In this document: one piece after another, positions 41,073 through 54,054 of the stretch | How positions within the stretch are numbered: the first letter of the stretch is position 1 | Layout of the letters: every line of letters begins with the position of its first letter | Source of the DNA: the human T2T-CHM13v2.0 reference genome, Homo sapiens | Length of the DNA: 64,000 bases | NCBI RefSeq assembly: GCF_009914755.1 | Contig: NC_060935.1 | Direction: 5' to 3' (one strand) | The notes under the pieces: model-generated | Told to the model about the DNA's origin: nothing | Database searches by the model: none | What the model saw: only the letters and a program-made list of their open reading frames with translations | Program-made: the position numbers and the translations under genes

Positions 41073-42039
41073 TTTTTTTTTCTTTAAGTTCCAGTATACA
41101 TGTGCAGAATGTGCAGGTTTTTTACATAGGTATACATGTGCTATGGTGGTTTGCTGCACCTATCAACCTGTCATCTAGGTTTGAAGCACCACATGCATTA
41201 GGTATTTGTCCTAATGTTCTCCCTCCCCTTGCCCCTCACCCCCCAACAGGCCCCAGGGTGTGTTGTTGCCTTCCCTGTGTCCACGTGTTCTCATTTTTCA
41301 ATTCCCACTTGTGAGTGAGAACATGCAATGCTTGGTTTTCTGTTCCTGTATTAGTCTGATGAGAATGATGGCTTCCAGCTCCATCCATGTCCCTGCAAAG
41401 GACATGATCTCATTCTTTTTATGCCTGCATAGTATTCCATGGTGTATATGTGCCACATTTTCTTTATCCAGTCTATCACTGATACACATTTGGGTTGGTT
41501 TGAAGTCTTTGCTATTGTAAATAGTGGTACAATAAGCATACATGTGCATGTGTCTTTATAGTAGAATGATTTATAATCCTTTGGCTATATACCCAGCAAT
41601 GGGATTGCTGGGTCAAATGGTATTTCTGGTTCTAGATCCTTGAGAAATTGCCACACTGTCTCCCACAATGGTTGAACTAATTTGCACTCCCAACAGTGCA
41701 AAAGCATTCCTATTTCTCTACAGCCTTGCCAGCATCTATTGTTTTCTGACTTTCATAATTGCCATTCTGACTGGTGTGAGATGGTATCTCATTGTGGTTT
41801 TGATTTGCATTTCTCTAATGACCAGTGATGATGAACTTTTTGTCATATGTTTGTTGGCTGCATAAAGGTCTTCTTTTGAGAAGTGTCTTTTCAGATTCTT
41901 TGCCCACTTTTTGATAGGGTTGTTTGTTTTTTTTCTTACAAATTTGTTTAAGTTCCTTGTAGATTCTGGATATTAGACCCCTGTCAGATGGTCAGATTGC
42001 AAAAGTTTTCTCCCATTCTGTAGGTTGCCTGTTCACTCT
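41073..42039 (-). mobile_element. L1PA8-like 3' arm (non-inverted)
   Basis: 3'UTR 'gtcatctaggtttgaagcaccacatgcattaggtatttgtcctaatg'; ORF2 C-terminal peptide in track ORF 41298..41549. Confidence 0.93.
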
Positions 42040-42513
42040 ATACCACAAGGCTACAGTAACTAAAACAGCATGATACTGGTACCAAAACAGATATATAGAC
42101 AAATGGAATAGAACAGAGACCTTAGAAATAACACCACACATCTATAACCATCTGATCTTCCACAAACCTGACAAAAACAAGGAATGGGGAAAGGATTCCC
42201 TATTTAATAAATGGTACTGAGAAAACTAGCCAGCCATATGCAGAAAACAGAAACTGGACCCTTTCCTTACACCTTATACAAAAACTAACTCAAGATAGAT
42301 TAAAGACTTAAATGTAAAACCCAAAATCATAAAAACCCTAAAAGAAAACCTTGGCAATACCATTCAGGACATAGGCATGGGCAAAGACTTCATGACTAAA
42401 ACACCAAAAGAAATTTCAACAGAAGCCAAAATTGACAAATTGGGTCTAATTAAATTAAAGAGCTTCTGCACAGCAAAAGAAACTAGCATCAGAATGAACA
42501 GGCAACCTACAGA
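42040..42513 (+). mobile_element. Inverted 5' arm of the same L1PA8-like element
   Basis: ORF2 sense 'acaaggctacagtaactaaaacagcatgatactggtacc...gaacaggcaacctacagaa'; shared TSD aaagttggatt(t/c)ttt at 41037 and 42514. Confidence 0.93.
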
Positions 42514-43006
42514 AAAGTTGGATTCTTTAAGCTACAGTATACTTTCATAATCTAATTCAAATAGTTCAGATTACAGATAAGATAATTAAGGATTAGAGAG
42601 GAAAAATGGCTTGTATAATGTAAGAGACAAAAACAGACAGAGCTAGATGAAATTTCATGTTTCCTGATGCCTATTTCATTTCACATTGTATTCTTGGCAC
42701 AAAAGGGGCTGAGAAATGTTGTAATTATTAAGAAATTTGGTATTAGCAATCTCAGTCTCCTTAATTCCTTAATATAGAACATAAATTCTTATAATATTTT
42801 TACATATTTACTGCCAAAGTAATGTTTGTTAATGTTTATTTCTTTTAAGTTATCATAAATCTTACCATTTTCTGTTTGTCAAGCAGTTTCATGAGTTATT
42901 AAGAAACTACTCGTAAAAAATGTGCTGCAAAATTCTGAAGGAAGATTAAAAAATTTAATCAAGTCATACTGATTTCCTGATGTAAATGCAGATGCCATAT
43001 GGTACC

Positions 43007-43270
43007 CAGTATTTCAGTGGTTAATAGCATAGACTATGGAGTTAAAGTGAGAAGAAATTCTGACTGTTTCACTTTCAAAGTTTGGGCTATAATGATCATG
43101 TATAAATCTCTTGACCTGAATTTTCTCATTAGCACATGTACAGTAATGATGGTGATAACAATAACAGCAACAATATCTGATTTGAGCAAGTGAGAAAAAT
43201 TCATAGATAAAAAATTCATAGCAAGAGTCTAGCTCTTTGTCAAGAATAGAGCAAGTACTCATTAAGTCAT
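43007..43270 (+). mobile_element. MIR SINE
   Basis: 'cagtggttaatagcatagactatggagtta...cctgaattttctcattagca'. Confidence 0.55.
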
Positions 43271-43639
43271 CACTGTTTTTAATATTATAAATAATTATGA
43301 AGTCTTTAAAATTTTTTTATCCCAAATGGGATTTAAAGGAATATTAAATAGATTGAAAATGTAGTTATTAAAAACAACCCTGATTTTCCAACTAGTGAAA
43401 TTAAAATATATCAAATTTGGTAGAAATAAAGGAGGTTGAGGCTGGTTATATCAATTCAGCATATGAATATTGGAGGAGACACATTTGGTTTATAACAATC
43501 AATAAGGGGATAAATCAAAATCATGTGCCATTTGATAGCAGTGAGAAAACCACAGAATGATCTCTCTGGTATTTATCTCAAAGCTGCATAACTTGAACCT
43601 TATCAAGAAGATACATCACAATAGCCAAAGTTAAGAGAT

Positions 43640-43875
43640 ACTACACAAGGGAACTGATTTGTAATCTTCAAAAATATCAAGGTTATGAAGCCACACACAC
43701 ACAAGGGCTTAGAATGATTGAGGGAGACTAAATAATCTTGACAACCAAAAGCAAAATATAGTTCTAGTCTGGAACATTTCACAATAATAAACATTATTGA
43801 GACACGTGAAAAGTTGAATAAAGTCCAAGTTTAGCTGGTAGCACTGTATCAATGTTGATTTCTTGATTTTGATGC
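43640..43875 (+). mobile_element. Old L1 3'UTR fragment (L1MC/MD-like)
   Basis: 'gagactaaataatcttgacaaccaaaagcaa...gcactgtatcaatgttgatttcttgattttgat'. Confidence 0.5.
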
Positions 43876-44954
43876 TTGGATTAAAGTTGAGATCCTCATT
43901 AGCATGTTAGCAAATCTCAAGTGGCTCAAGAGAAATACATATTTCTTTTAATACTTGTTACTTTCCTCACCCTTTAAAGTCTTTCAGTAGGTAATAACAA
44001 AAACACAAGCTATTGACAACCTTGGAACTGTTCAAGAATGGTTGGTAGAATTTATGTCCTTCAATGTTCATCTGATGTAATTTCCTCTGTGTCCTACCCC
44101 CTTTCCCCAGTTCTCTGACATTTCTGACATATATTAGAATATATATGGTAATTATGTGCCATATTCAATATTTTTTATACTTTCCTTTTACAGGAATAAA
44201 CATATAAAATTCCAATTCATTGACTTGTTAAACTATGTTAAATAAGAGATTGATATCTAAGAACACAAAACAGATTTCAAGGCTTATTTGGACAAGAGGT
44301 AGTTACTCATGATGAATAGGATGTTGTCCAAAGCCTCTGAACAGATAGAACCCAATATGAACCTTCAATTTTTTTTTTCACTGATCGTCTGAGCCCTCAA
44401 GAAGCTGCAGAATGCTGCGATCTTTAACTAAAAAGATTCAGAATAAGGATAACACTACAATTTTATGAGACAGTGTTTATGGCTATAGATGAAATGTATC
44501 AGAATGACAACTGTTCTGCATTTTTAAAATAACTTGTGGAAGAGTAATATCTAATTCAGGAAAAACAATCGACCTGGAAAACATACAGTGGTTTCTTTCA
44601 CATTGGATAGAATCAAGCTTTGAGGACAGAAAGACAGAATTATGAAGCTTCAATTTGTAAAGTTGTTTCAATTGTCATCATTACGGTGTCCTTCTCTGTA
44701 AAATGGATATATATTTGGGGTTGCTTTAAGGCTAAAAGACTTAGAGTGTGGAATCATTTTGGAATTTGTAGTTCTACATGCTCAATATACTATAATTCCC
44801 TTTACTGTCCCCCATCTTAGTATTGTATTTGCTAGTTATCCCTGTGAATGAGTTGGATCTTCACAATACTCTTGTGAATAGAAACCTGACTTCTCCCAGA
44901 TAAACAAACTAGATTTCACAAATGGTTGCATGATTATTCTCTATAAGGACAATC

Positions 44955-45460
44955 TAATAACAGGTAATGTGTATTAAACATGTATATATCAGGCACTGTT
45001 GTTAGCCCTTCATATTCTACAACTCTATTTGTTATATGTTACTATTTTTTCTCATTTAATATGTGGTCCAACTAAGGCTTAGAAGAAAGTTTAAGTAATT
45101 TTCCCAATATCACATTGCTGATATGTAGTACAGCCAAGATAAAATTACATTTATCTGATAGCCACAAGTCAAGGAAATATTACACACTACTGGCTTTACT
45201 GTAAATAAATGGGTATATTTTGCCATTAATAGTCATAGCAATAATTTATGTTTTATGGCATCTAGTCTTTTAATAAAATATTCATATACATTCTCTTTTT
45301 GTATACTTAACAACCTTGTGAAGGAGATGTGTCTCAGTTTATCTTAATTTTGTTTTCTAAAGATACATTTAGACTCAGATAAGTCACTTGTCCATGATTA
45401 TAGATTAGCTGGTACATGGAAAAGGTCTTCTGATTCTAAACACAGCATTGTTTACATTGC
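44955..45460 (-). mobile_element. Two MIR remnants
   Basis: 'caggcactgttgttagccctt...aactaaggcttaga...taagtaattttcccaatatcaca' and 'caaccttgtgaagg...aagtcacttgtccatgatta'. Confidence 0.55.
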
Positions 45461-47489
45461 ACTTTTCTCTCTGCATATATCGATTATTAATGTTTTTCTT
45501 GCAAAAACCTCATATATTGTACGCCGTGGGAGTAATAACGTAGCATTTGACTATTGCCCTTAGGGAACAAGCTAAGAGCATTTAAGTTCACTTTTGTGTC
45601 TAATAATTTTAAGTTTTATTTGGCCTTCAGATGTTTTTGAAAAAGATTTTCCCCAAGTTATGAAATTAAGCAGTTTAAGTATGTATTTATTTTCTATTTT
45701 CAGTTGCATTCATATAGTATCATGAGATAGCATATAAGGGAATTTTTAATATTTTGGGACCACTGGCACTTTGAGCATGATGAAAGATCTGGACTCTCTC
45801 CTTGAAAAAATATGTATGTAAAGAAATGTTTTTTATACATACTCAGGCATTTTGAAGTCTTAATTCAGGCATTTTGAATTCTCTATGAAGCTCACGTTTC
45901 ATTCCCAAGTTAAGAACCACTTTCCTTTCACAACCTTATCACCGTTGCTGGCACTAACTGTTAGCATTCACATTCTAGGCACTTTATACTTGGTATTTTA
46001 TTCTAATAACAGCCATATGAGATGGTTATAATTATCAATTCAAATTTATGTATGAGGAAATAAAGTTGTAGGTTGTATACTCATGAGCATTTTTCCCAAA
46101 ATTACAATATCTGAGTTCTACCTGTAATAGTCTTTCATGTTTTGTACATATTCTTTCAAATAATTTTTTAAAAAGTTGACCCCAATTAGTCTAGAAATGA
46201 TTCTCCAGGAACCCCATATGTGTATTTCCCTACCCATGGAAAACTCTCCTTTATTGCAAGCCTGATTTTCAATCATTAGTCTGATTTCACTGATAGTGTA
46301 CTAGTTTTAGAAATAGGTCCATGCCAATGGTTAAATCTTGTTGTTCTATTTTTTAAATCATTTTTGTTAGAAAACCATCTATTTTTTATAGAGGTTAAAA
46401 CTTCTAGATTGTAGTGACTGAGATAGCATAAAAATAGTGCTAAATATAATCAAGTCAATTTATCACATATTAATATTCAAAATTGCATGTGCTACTGAAT
46501 TTAGTACTTTAGTACAATTCAATATTGATGAGGAGAAAAATCCCTAGCCTTTTATCTTTATGGAATCCTTTGTCACTGCTAAATGATCATTGCAAATGTT
46601 CCTGAAGAAAGCCTGACGACTTATCTCTTCATGGGCATCTTACTGTTAAAACACATTTCCTTTCAAAGAATATAGATAACCATGAAAATAGCAAAATAGT
46701 TAAGATACAGAACACTCTCGGGGTCCATTTGTCAAAGTTAAATTATAGCTGTCTCAGTTTATTCTTGTCTGCTCTTTCATAATCCAGAAGAAATAATCGA
46801 AATGATAGTGAGTTAGAATATAAATGGAAATAAAGCTTAACTCTCACTCTTGATATTGATATGCAGTCTGGTAATGCAATTAGAATATTCCTGCACATAA
46901 GTAATACCCTAACATTTCTGTATTGATTATTCTCTCAAATATCATGCCATCTAGCCCCAGCATATTTTGCCATGAAAAGGAAAAGTGGTTTGCTGCACCC
47001 CTTTAATAATACCAATTAATTGGTAAATAATACAAAATTTTTTAAATTTCATTTAACAGCACTTTGTGGGGGACAATTCTCTGTATTTAAATGGCAATCT
47101 TATTTTTAAGCATCAAGGTCTAAGAGCTCAGGATCTGTAGACTGTATGCTTACTGATTATTTTAAACTCAATTAATACCTTTCTTATTCTCCTCAACCCT
47201 TTCTTCTTATGTCTATACCTTCCACGCTTAGGCTTAAAACATAGTAACATTTATCCCAGTCTAAGACAAATGTCAGCAGGTTCTGCAACAGAAATACACT
47301 AGAAAGAGGCATAGCCTTATATAGGAAACATTTGACACGTACCAGATGGTTTTTTGACATCATATAATCTCTTATTTTGATCTTTGTTCAGATTATAAAA
47401 CGTCTGCAAGGATTGGAAAAAAAAATCTTAATATACCATGCTGATGGTCCTCTTTTGTAGATGGGAAAGCACTAAATAAGTTTCTTAAA

Positions 47490-47668
47490 TCTGTGGTTTT
47501 CAGTCCTGTCTGACCAAAGAATAATCTATGAAGCTTGTAAAATATATGTATACTCAGCCCTCTGCCCTAGAGATTCTGATCCATAGCTCTACTGAAAAAG
47601 TGAATTGGAATATCTGGAGATGGGGGCTTAGGAATTATTTTTTAAGATCCACAAGTGATTCAAATGGG
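47490..47668. mobile_element. MER5B-like MITE
   Basis: 'cagccctctgccctagagattctgat...ctggagatgggggcttaggaattattttttaagatccacaagtgattc'. Confidence 0.55.
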
Positions 47669-48050
47669 TAAAGTTAAGCCGATAGGGTTAGGTAATTTTC
47701 CAAGGTTACCAAAGTATTACATAAATGGCAATACAGAAAGCATGTCTCCATATTTAGGGCACTAGATATTTAGGTCAAGCCTCATTTGATGTTCTTTTAA
47801 TGCATTGAGTTGTCAGCATCATTCTATCTAAGAAGAGCCACAAATTTACCATCCAAAATATTCAATGCTAGCAAAAAGCCTCAACATTTCTCCAACTTTA
47901 TAAGAGGTGTTATATAACCTGAATATGATTGTTGAATTAAATAGAAGTATATGGATTATTTATTTAAAATTAATCATTGAATTTAATATGCTATTGTATG
48001 TTCTCATTGTTAACCATGTAGTATGCAGTAATGAAATGACTTTGGAGTAG

Positions 48051-48424
48051 TGTTATAGACTATATGTTTCTGTCCCCCAAAATTCATATGTTAAAGCCCT
48101 AATGTCCAATGGGATGGTATTAGGAGATGAAGCCTTTGGGAGGTAATTAGGTCTAGGTGGAGTAGTGAGGGTGAAACTTCCATGGTGGAATTAGTGCCCT
48201 TATAAGAAGAAAAAGAGACAAAAAACTCTTTTGCTTTCTCTGCCATGTTAGGATAGAGCTAGAAGGTGGCTGCCTACAAGCAAAAAGATTGGTTCTTTCT
48301 AGACAGTGATCTGTGAGGACTCTGATCTTGGATTTTTCAGTCTCCAGAAAATTGAGAAATAAATGTTTGTTGCTTACGCCACCTGGTCTATGGTATTTTT
48401 GTTACACCAGCCCAAACTAGGTCA
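48051..48424 (+). mobile_element. MLT1A-like MaLR solo LTR
   Basis: 'tgttatagactatatgtttctgtcccccaaaattcatatgttaaagccctaa...tgagaaataaatgtttgttg...ggtctatggtattttt'. Confidence 0.85.
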
Positions 48425-48959
48425 GGTGGTAAGGGTCTTTGTATGGAGCAGATATGGTAGGTAAGAATTCAAAAAAGGTAAAGTGGTAGCAGGTAGAATT
48501 CTACTTCCTGCTGAGTGACAAATTATGTATGCAATAAAATTTTTCTGTCTCAATACATTTAAATTTTTGGAAATTATACACATGTAACTTTAAATGCCTT
48601 CCAATTTCTCAAGAAAGAAAATCAATTCCAAAGGGCAAACAAATAATTGAAATAAAATTATTAAGTAAACAAAAATATCCTAGGAGCAAATGTCACATAC
48701 AAAATTAACTGGCACATAGATATTCTAGGCCTTGGGCCCTAGCAGGTTAGAGTTGCTAAATTTAACTCCCTGCCAAAAGGGTCTGTACTCACGGTGCAAG
48801 TATAGACAGACAATGAGCAAAGGGACAGATGAGACATTTTTTCTGCCTCTGCAGTGTCTCTGGATTACAACAAATGTTATAATGATGATAATAAAAATGT
48901 CTCCCCTAAGATTTTGTAGCATATAAATATTAGCATAGTATGAGGAAACTCACATACCT

Positions 48960-51900
48960 CACAATGAGTGTAAATAGACCAAAACATCCATTTTAATTAT
49001 CTAAGGTATTGTTAAGCTTTAAAATAGAAATATATAAATATGCAAAGATATTGAAAGTAAAAATATAAAAAAATAGATATACTGACACTTATTTTTAAAA
49101 GTTGTGGCAATATATTAATATTAGACAATATAATATTTAAGACAAAAATTATTAACACAGAGGGGCATTATTTAATATTAAAATTTTCAATTATATTTAT
49201 ATTATTAGTTCATAATTTAAATATGTTCTATATTATAAGGAATATGTTATATAATACATAATATATAATTTATTAAATAATTTGTATAGTAAATTAAATA
49301 TATTACCTCCCAAGATGATGTAATAGTTCTACACATATATGAATTAATAAAATAGTTTTGAGATTTATGAAGCAAAACAGCTATTGGAGCTTGAAAGGCA
49401 TTGCATGAATCTAGGTATTTAATAGGTCAGTCAGGGAAAAAAAGTCTTTAGCAATGTACACTATATTAATTGCACAACCAACAAGGCGAATTCAGCAAGC
49501 AAATGTTGACCTCTGTACTCAACAATTATACAATACACCCTTTTTTAAACTACAAAATAAAATTGATAGCCTGCTGACAATGTTCTCTGACCCTTAAGCT
49601 AGAAATCAATAATATTTCTTTTTCTTTTGGCTTAGACGCAAATACTTCTAAATTACTCTTTGGTCAGGGAAGAAATAATAATAAAAATTTTAATTACCTA
49701 AACTTAACTATAATGAAAATACTGCTTTAAGATTATATGTAATGTTATTATATATAATGTAGTTATAATAACAATTCAGTGGAAAAGTAAATTTACATTG
49801 TTATATTAAAAAGAATAGCTAAATTATTAATGATCCAAAGATCTGAATTCAAAAGTTAAGGAAGAAAAGCAAATTAAACCTAAGCAAAGAAGTAATAGAG
49901 AAAAAAATAAATTGTTGAAACAGAAAGCAAGGAGTATAAGCATCAATAAATTTAAAAGCCTAATAAAATATATTCTGAAGCTACTGAACAAAAGAAAAAC
50001 GACTAAAATAAGTAACATTATTAATGAAAAAGAGGATGTAAGTGCAAATGCCAAAATATATTTAAAATAAAAAACAAGAGAATACTATGAGAAAACTGTA
50101 TGACAATCTATCTTACAATTTATACAAACATATATATTCATATAATTACTAAAACTGACTAAATAATATGGTGATTTAACAGAGCCATTAAAGAAACAGA
50201 GTTATTAGTTAGAATGTTCCCAAAGATAAAAAAACAAAACAAAGTGGGGCCATTTGATTTTAGACGTATGTTTTACCAAAACTTATTATAACAAATTTTC
50301 TTAATTTTATACAATTCCTCAGAAAATAAATATTGGGTGATTTTTTGGTGCAACAATTTTAGCCTGAAGTTAATATGAAAAATATGACAGTAATAGAAGT
50401 GAAAATGATAGGCCAATCTTTCCCATTAATGTTGTAAAAATTGTAAACAAAATAATGTGAGCAAAATCTAGCAACATTTTAAAGTTATAATGGATTATAA
50501 ACCACATCTATCAAGCATGTTGAAATAAAATAATATTAACCACAGTGGCATATTAAAAATGTATAGACACACAATCTCAAAACAAGATGAAGAATAATAT
50601 TTGCTAGCTTATACATCTATGGACAATAAAGAAGAGTGATATGGTTTGGCTGTGTCCCCACCCAAATCTCATCTTGAATTGTAACTCACACAATTCCCAC
50701 ATATCATGGGAGGTGCCTGGTGAGAGGTGATTGAATTATGGGGGCGGGTGTTTCCTGTACTGTTCTCATGATAGTGAATGAGTCTCAAGAGATTTGATGG
50801 TTTTAAAAAAAGAGAGTTTCTCTGTACAAGCTGTCTCTCTCTTTGCCTGCCACCATCCATGTAAGATGTGACTTGCTCCTCATTATGTCCTCCACGATTG
50901 TGAGGCCTCCCCAGCCATGTGAAACTGTAAGTCCCTTTTTCTTCCCAATCTCAGGTATGTCTTTATTAGCAGTGTGAAAACGAACTAATACAGTAGATTG
51001 GTACCAGTAGAGTGGGGCATTGCTAAAAAGATACCCAGAGATGTGGAAGTGACTTTGGAACTGGGTAACAGGCAAAGGTTGGAACAGTTTGGAGGGCTCA
51101 GAAGAAGGTGGAAAAATGTGGGAAAGTTTGAAACTCCATATAGACTTGTTGAATGGTTTTGCCCAATAATACAGATAATGATATGGACAATGAAATCCAG
51201 GCTGAGGTGGTCTCAGATGCAGAAGAGGAACTTGTTGGGAACTGGAGCAAAGGTAGCTCTTGTTATGTTTTAACAAAGAGACTGGCAGCATTTTGCCCCT
51301 GCCCTAGAGATTTGTAGAACTTAGAACTTGAGAGAGATGATTTAGGGTATCTGGCAGAAGAAATTTGTAAGCAGCAAAGCATTCAAGGGAAGACTTGGAT
51401 GCTGTTAATGGCATCAGTTTCATAAAGTAAGCAGAGTGTAAAAGTTCAGAATATTTGCACCCTGACAATACAATAGAAAAGAAAATTCCATTTTCTGAGG
51501 AGAAATTCAAGCTTCCCACAGAAATTTGCATAAGTAACAGGCAGCCAAATGTTAATCCCCAAGACAATGAGAAAAATGTCTCCAGGGCATGTCACAGGTC
51601 TTAACAGCAGCCCATCCCATCACAGGCCTGGAGGCTTAGGAGATAAGCATGGTTTTGTGTGCCAGGCCCAGGGTCCCTGTGCTGTGTGCAGCCAAGGGAC
51701 TTAGTGTCCTGTGTCCCAGCCACTCCAGTCATGGCTGAAAGAGGCCAACATAGAACTCGGGCCATGGCTTCAGAGGGTACAAGCCCCAAGTCTTGGCAGC
51801 TTCCATGTGGTGTTGAACCTGCAAGTGCACAAAAGTTAAGAATTGGGGTTTGGGAACCTCTGTCTACATTTCAGATGTATGGAAATGTCTGTATACCCAG

Positions 51901-53720
51901 GTGGAAGTTTGCTGCAGGGATGGGGCCCTCATGGAGAACCTCTGCTAGGGCAGTGAGGAAGGGGAATGTGGGGCCACAGCCCCCACACAAAGTCCCTATT
52001 GCAGCACCACCTAGTGGAGCTGTGAGAGGAGGGCCACCATCCTCCAGACCTTAGATTGGTAGATCCACTGACAGCTTGCACCATGCATCTGGAAAAGCAG
52101 CAGACACTCAATGCCAGCCGGTGAAGGCAGCCAGGAGGAGGCTGTACCCTGTGAAGCAGAGGTGTGGAGCTGCCTAAGACCATGGGAACCCATCCCTTGC
52201 ATCAGCGTGATCTGGATATGAGACATGAAGTCAAAGGAGATCATTTTGGAGCTTTAAGATTTGACTGCCCTGCTGGATTTCAGATTTGCATGAGACTTAT
52301 ATAGCCTCTTTGTCTTGGACAATTTATCCTATTGTATCTTGGAAGTAACTAATCTGCTTTCGATTTTACTGGCTTATGTGTGAAAGGGAATTGCTTTGTC
52401 TCAGATGAGACTTTGGACTGTAGACTTTTCAGTCTTAGCTGAAATGAGCTAAGACTTTGGGGGACTGTTGGGAACACAGGATTGGCTTTGAAATATGAGG
52501 ACATGAGGTTTGGGAGGGGCCAGAGGCAGAATGATACGGTTTGGCTGTGTCCCCACCCAAATTTCATATTGAATTGTAACTCCCACAATTCCCATGTGTC
52601 AAGGAAGGAACTCAGTGGGACATGATTGAATTATGGGGGTGGGTCTTTCCTACACTCTTCTTGTGATGGTGAATGAGTTGCATGAAATCTGATGGTTTTA
52701 AAAAACAGGAGTTTTCCTGCACAAGCTCTCTCTCTCTTTGTCTGCTGCCATTCATGTAAGACATGACCTGCTCTTCCTTGCCTTTCACCATGATTGTGAG
52801 ACCTCCCCAGCCATGTGGAACCATAAGTCTACGAAGCCTCTTTTTCTTCCCAGTCTCAGGTATGTTTTTATCAGCAGTCTGGAAACGGACTAATAAAAAG
52901 AGGGAAAATAAAGCTACTAACAAAATAGAACTAGATAGGAATTTACTTAACATGCTATAATATATTTATTAAAAATTTTCAATAGACATTATATTTTTAT
53001 GGTAAGTTATCAGATGCATCCATTCAACGCAGGCAAGGATCCCTATTATATCCACTTCTATTTAAGAGTCAACTGAAGGGCTTAACCAGAACAGAGAGAA
53101 ACATGAATTCAAGGATACAAAAGAAAAAAAAAACACTATAATTTTGTTGATCATATGATGATCATAAAAACTCAGTTTACAAAAGCCAACAAGAAAAAAA
53201 ATCAAATATAAGATTCAGCTAAAATTAAGCTTAGAGGAAAATGTATAGCCCTTCATGAATATTGATAATCTGTTTCCATTGTCAGAAGCTAAACATATAC
53301 AGCAAGTCAAATCCGCCAAATAAAAGAAGAAAATAAGAAACAGAGAACTAAAAAATTTTGAAAACGAGTAATAGAAAAATTGAAGAACTTAAATTCCCAA
53401 GAACAATAATGAAAAAGACCTCACTAAATAAAATATTTTGAAAAAAAGTATGCCAATACATTCACCTTTTAAAATAAAATAGAACAATTTCTCAAAAGAC
53501 AGCTGACCAAAACTGATAGAAACAAAGAAAAAGAAATGAAATAAAATATTTTAAAGTCTAGTTGTCTATTAAAGAGAATGAATCTGTAACTGAAACCTTA
53601 CAAGGAAAATCCCAGGCTTTCATGGCTTCTGGGAATACATCACACATATCCAAAGTCTATGAGAGAACAGAAAAACAATGAAACAATTACTATATTATCA
53701 AGGGCAGACAAATAACCTTT
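48960..53720 (+). mobile_element. Very old L1M ORF2 remnants, interrupted by THE1
   Basis: A-rich decayed ORF2-like text such as 'agacaaaaattattaacacagaggggcattattt', 'agagaatactatgagaaaactgtatg', 'ggcaaggatccctattatatccacttctattt'. Confidence 0.55.
50637..52897 (+). mobile_element. Complete THE1 (THE1B/C-like) MaLR element: LTR 50637-50992, internal 50993-52531, LTR 52532-52897
   Basis: Two direct LTRs 'tgata(t/c)ggtttggctgtgtccccacccaaat'; internal starts 'gtagattggtaccagtagagtgggg'; purine-rich tract before the 3' LTR; perfect TSD AAGAG at 50632 and 52898. Confidence 0.96.
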
Positions 53721-53774
53721 TATTTCTATTGCAGCTACAATAATCCGCAGTTATTTGACAGTTCATCACATCAG

Positions 53775-54030
53775 TCTCTCTCTTTTTCTTTCTCTCTGTC
53801 TCCCTCTATGTGTGTGTGTATACATATATATGTATTTAATACACTCTCTCCATATATACATATATAAACACATATATATGCATATATACATGTATATACA
53901 CATACATATATGTATACATACATATATACACATATGTACGTATATGTATATATACACTCATATATAGTACGTGTACAACACTCTCTCCATATATATGCAT
54001 ACATACATGTATACACACATATATAGATAC
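53775..54030. repeat. Compound (TC)n/(TG)n/(TATACA)n low-complexity array
   Basis: Read directly; explains the 53755-54018 ORFs. Confidence 0.9.
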
Positions 54031-54054
54031 ATTTCTAATTATTAATATTATTAC

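Noticed and set aside
50669-52960. Dense ORF cluster (up to 162 aa)
   Set aside because: It lies wholly within the THE1 LTRs and decayed internal region, on both strands
53755-54018. His/Ile/Tyr/Cys-rich peptides
   Set aside because: Translation of a (TATACA)n-type microsatellite
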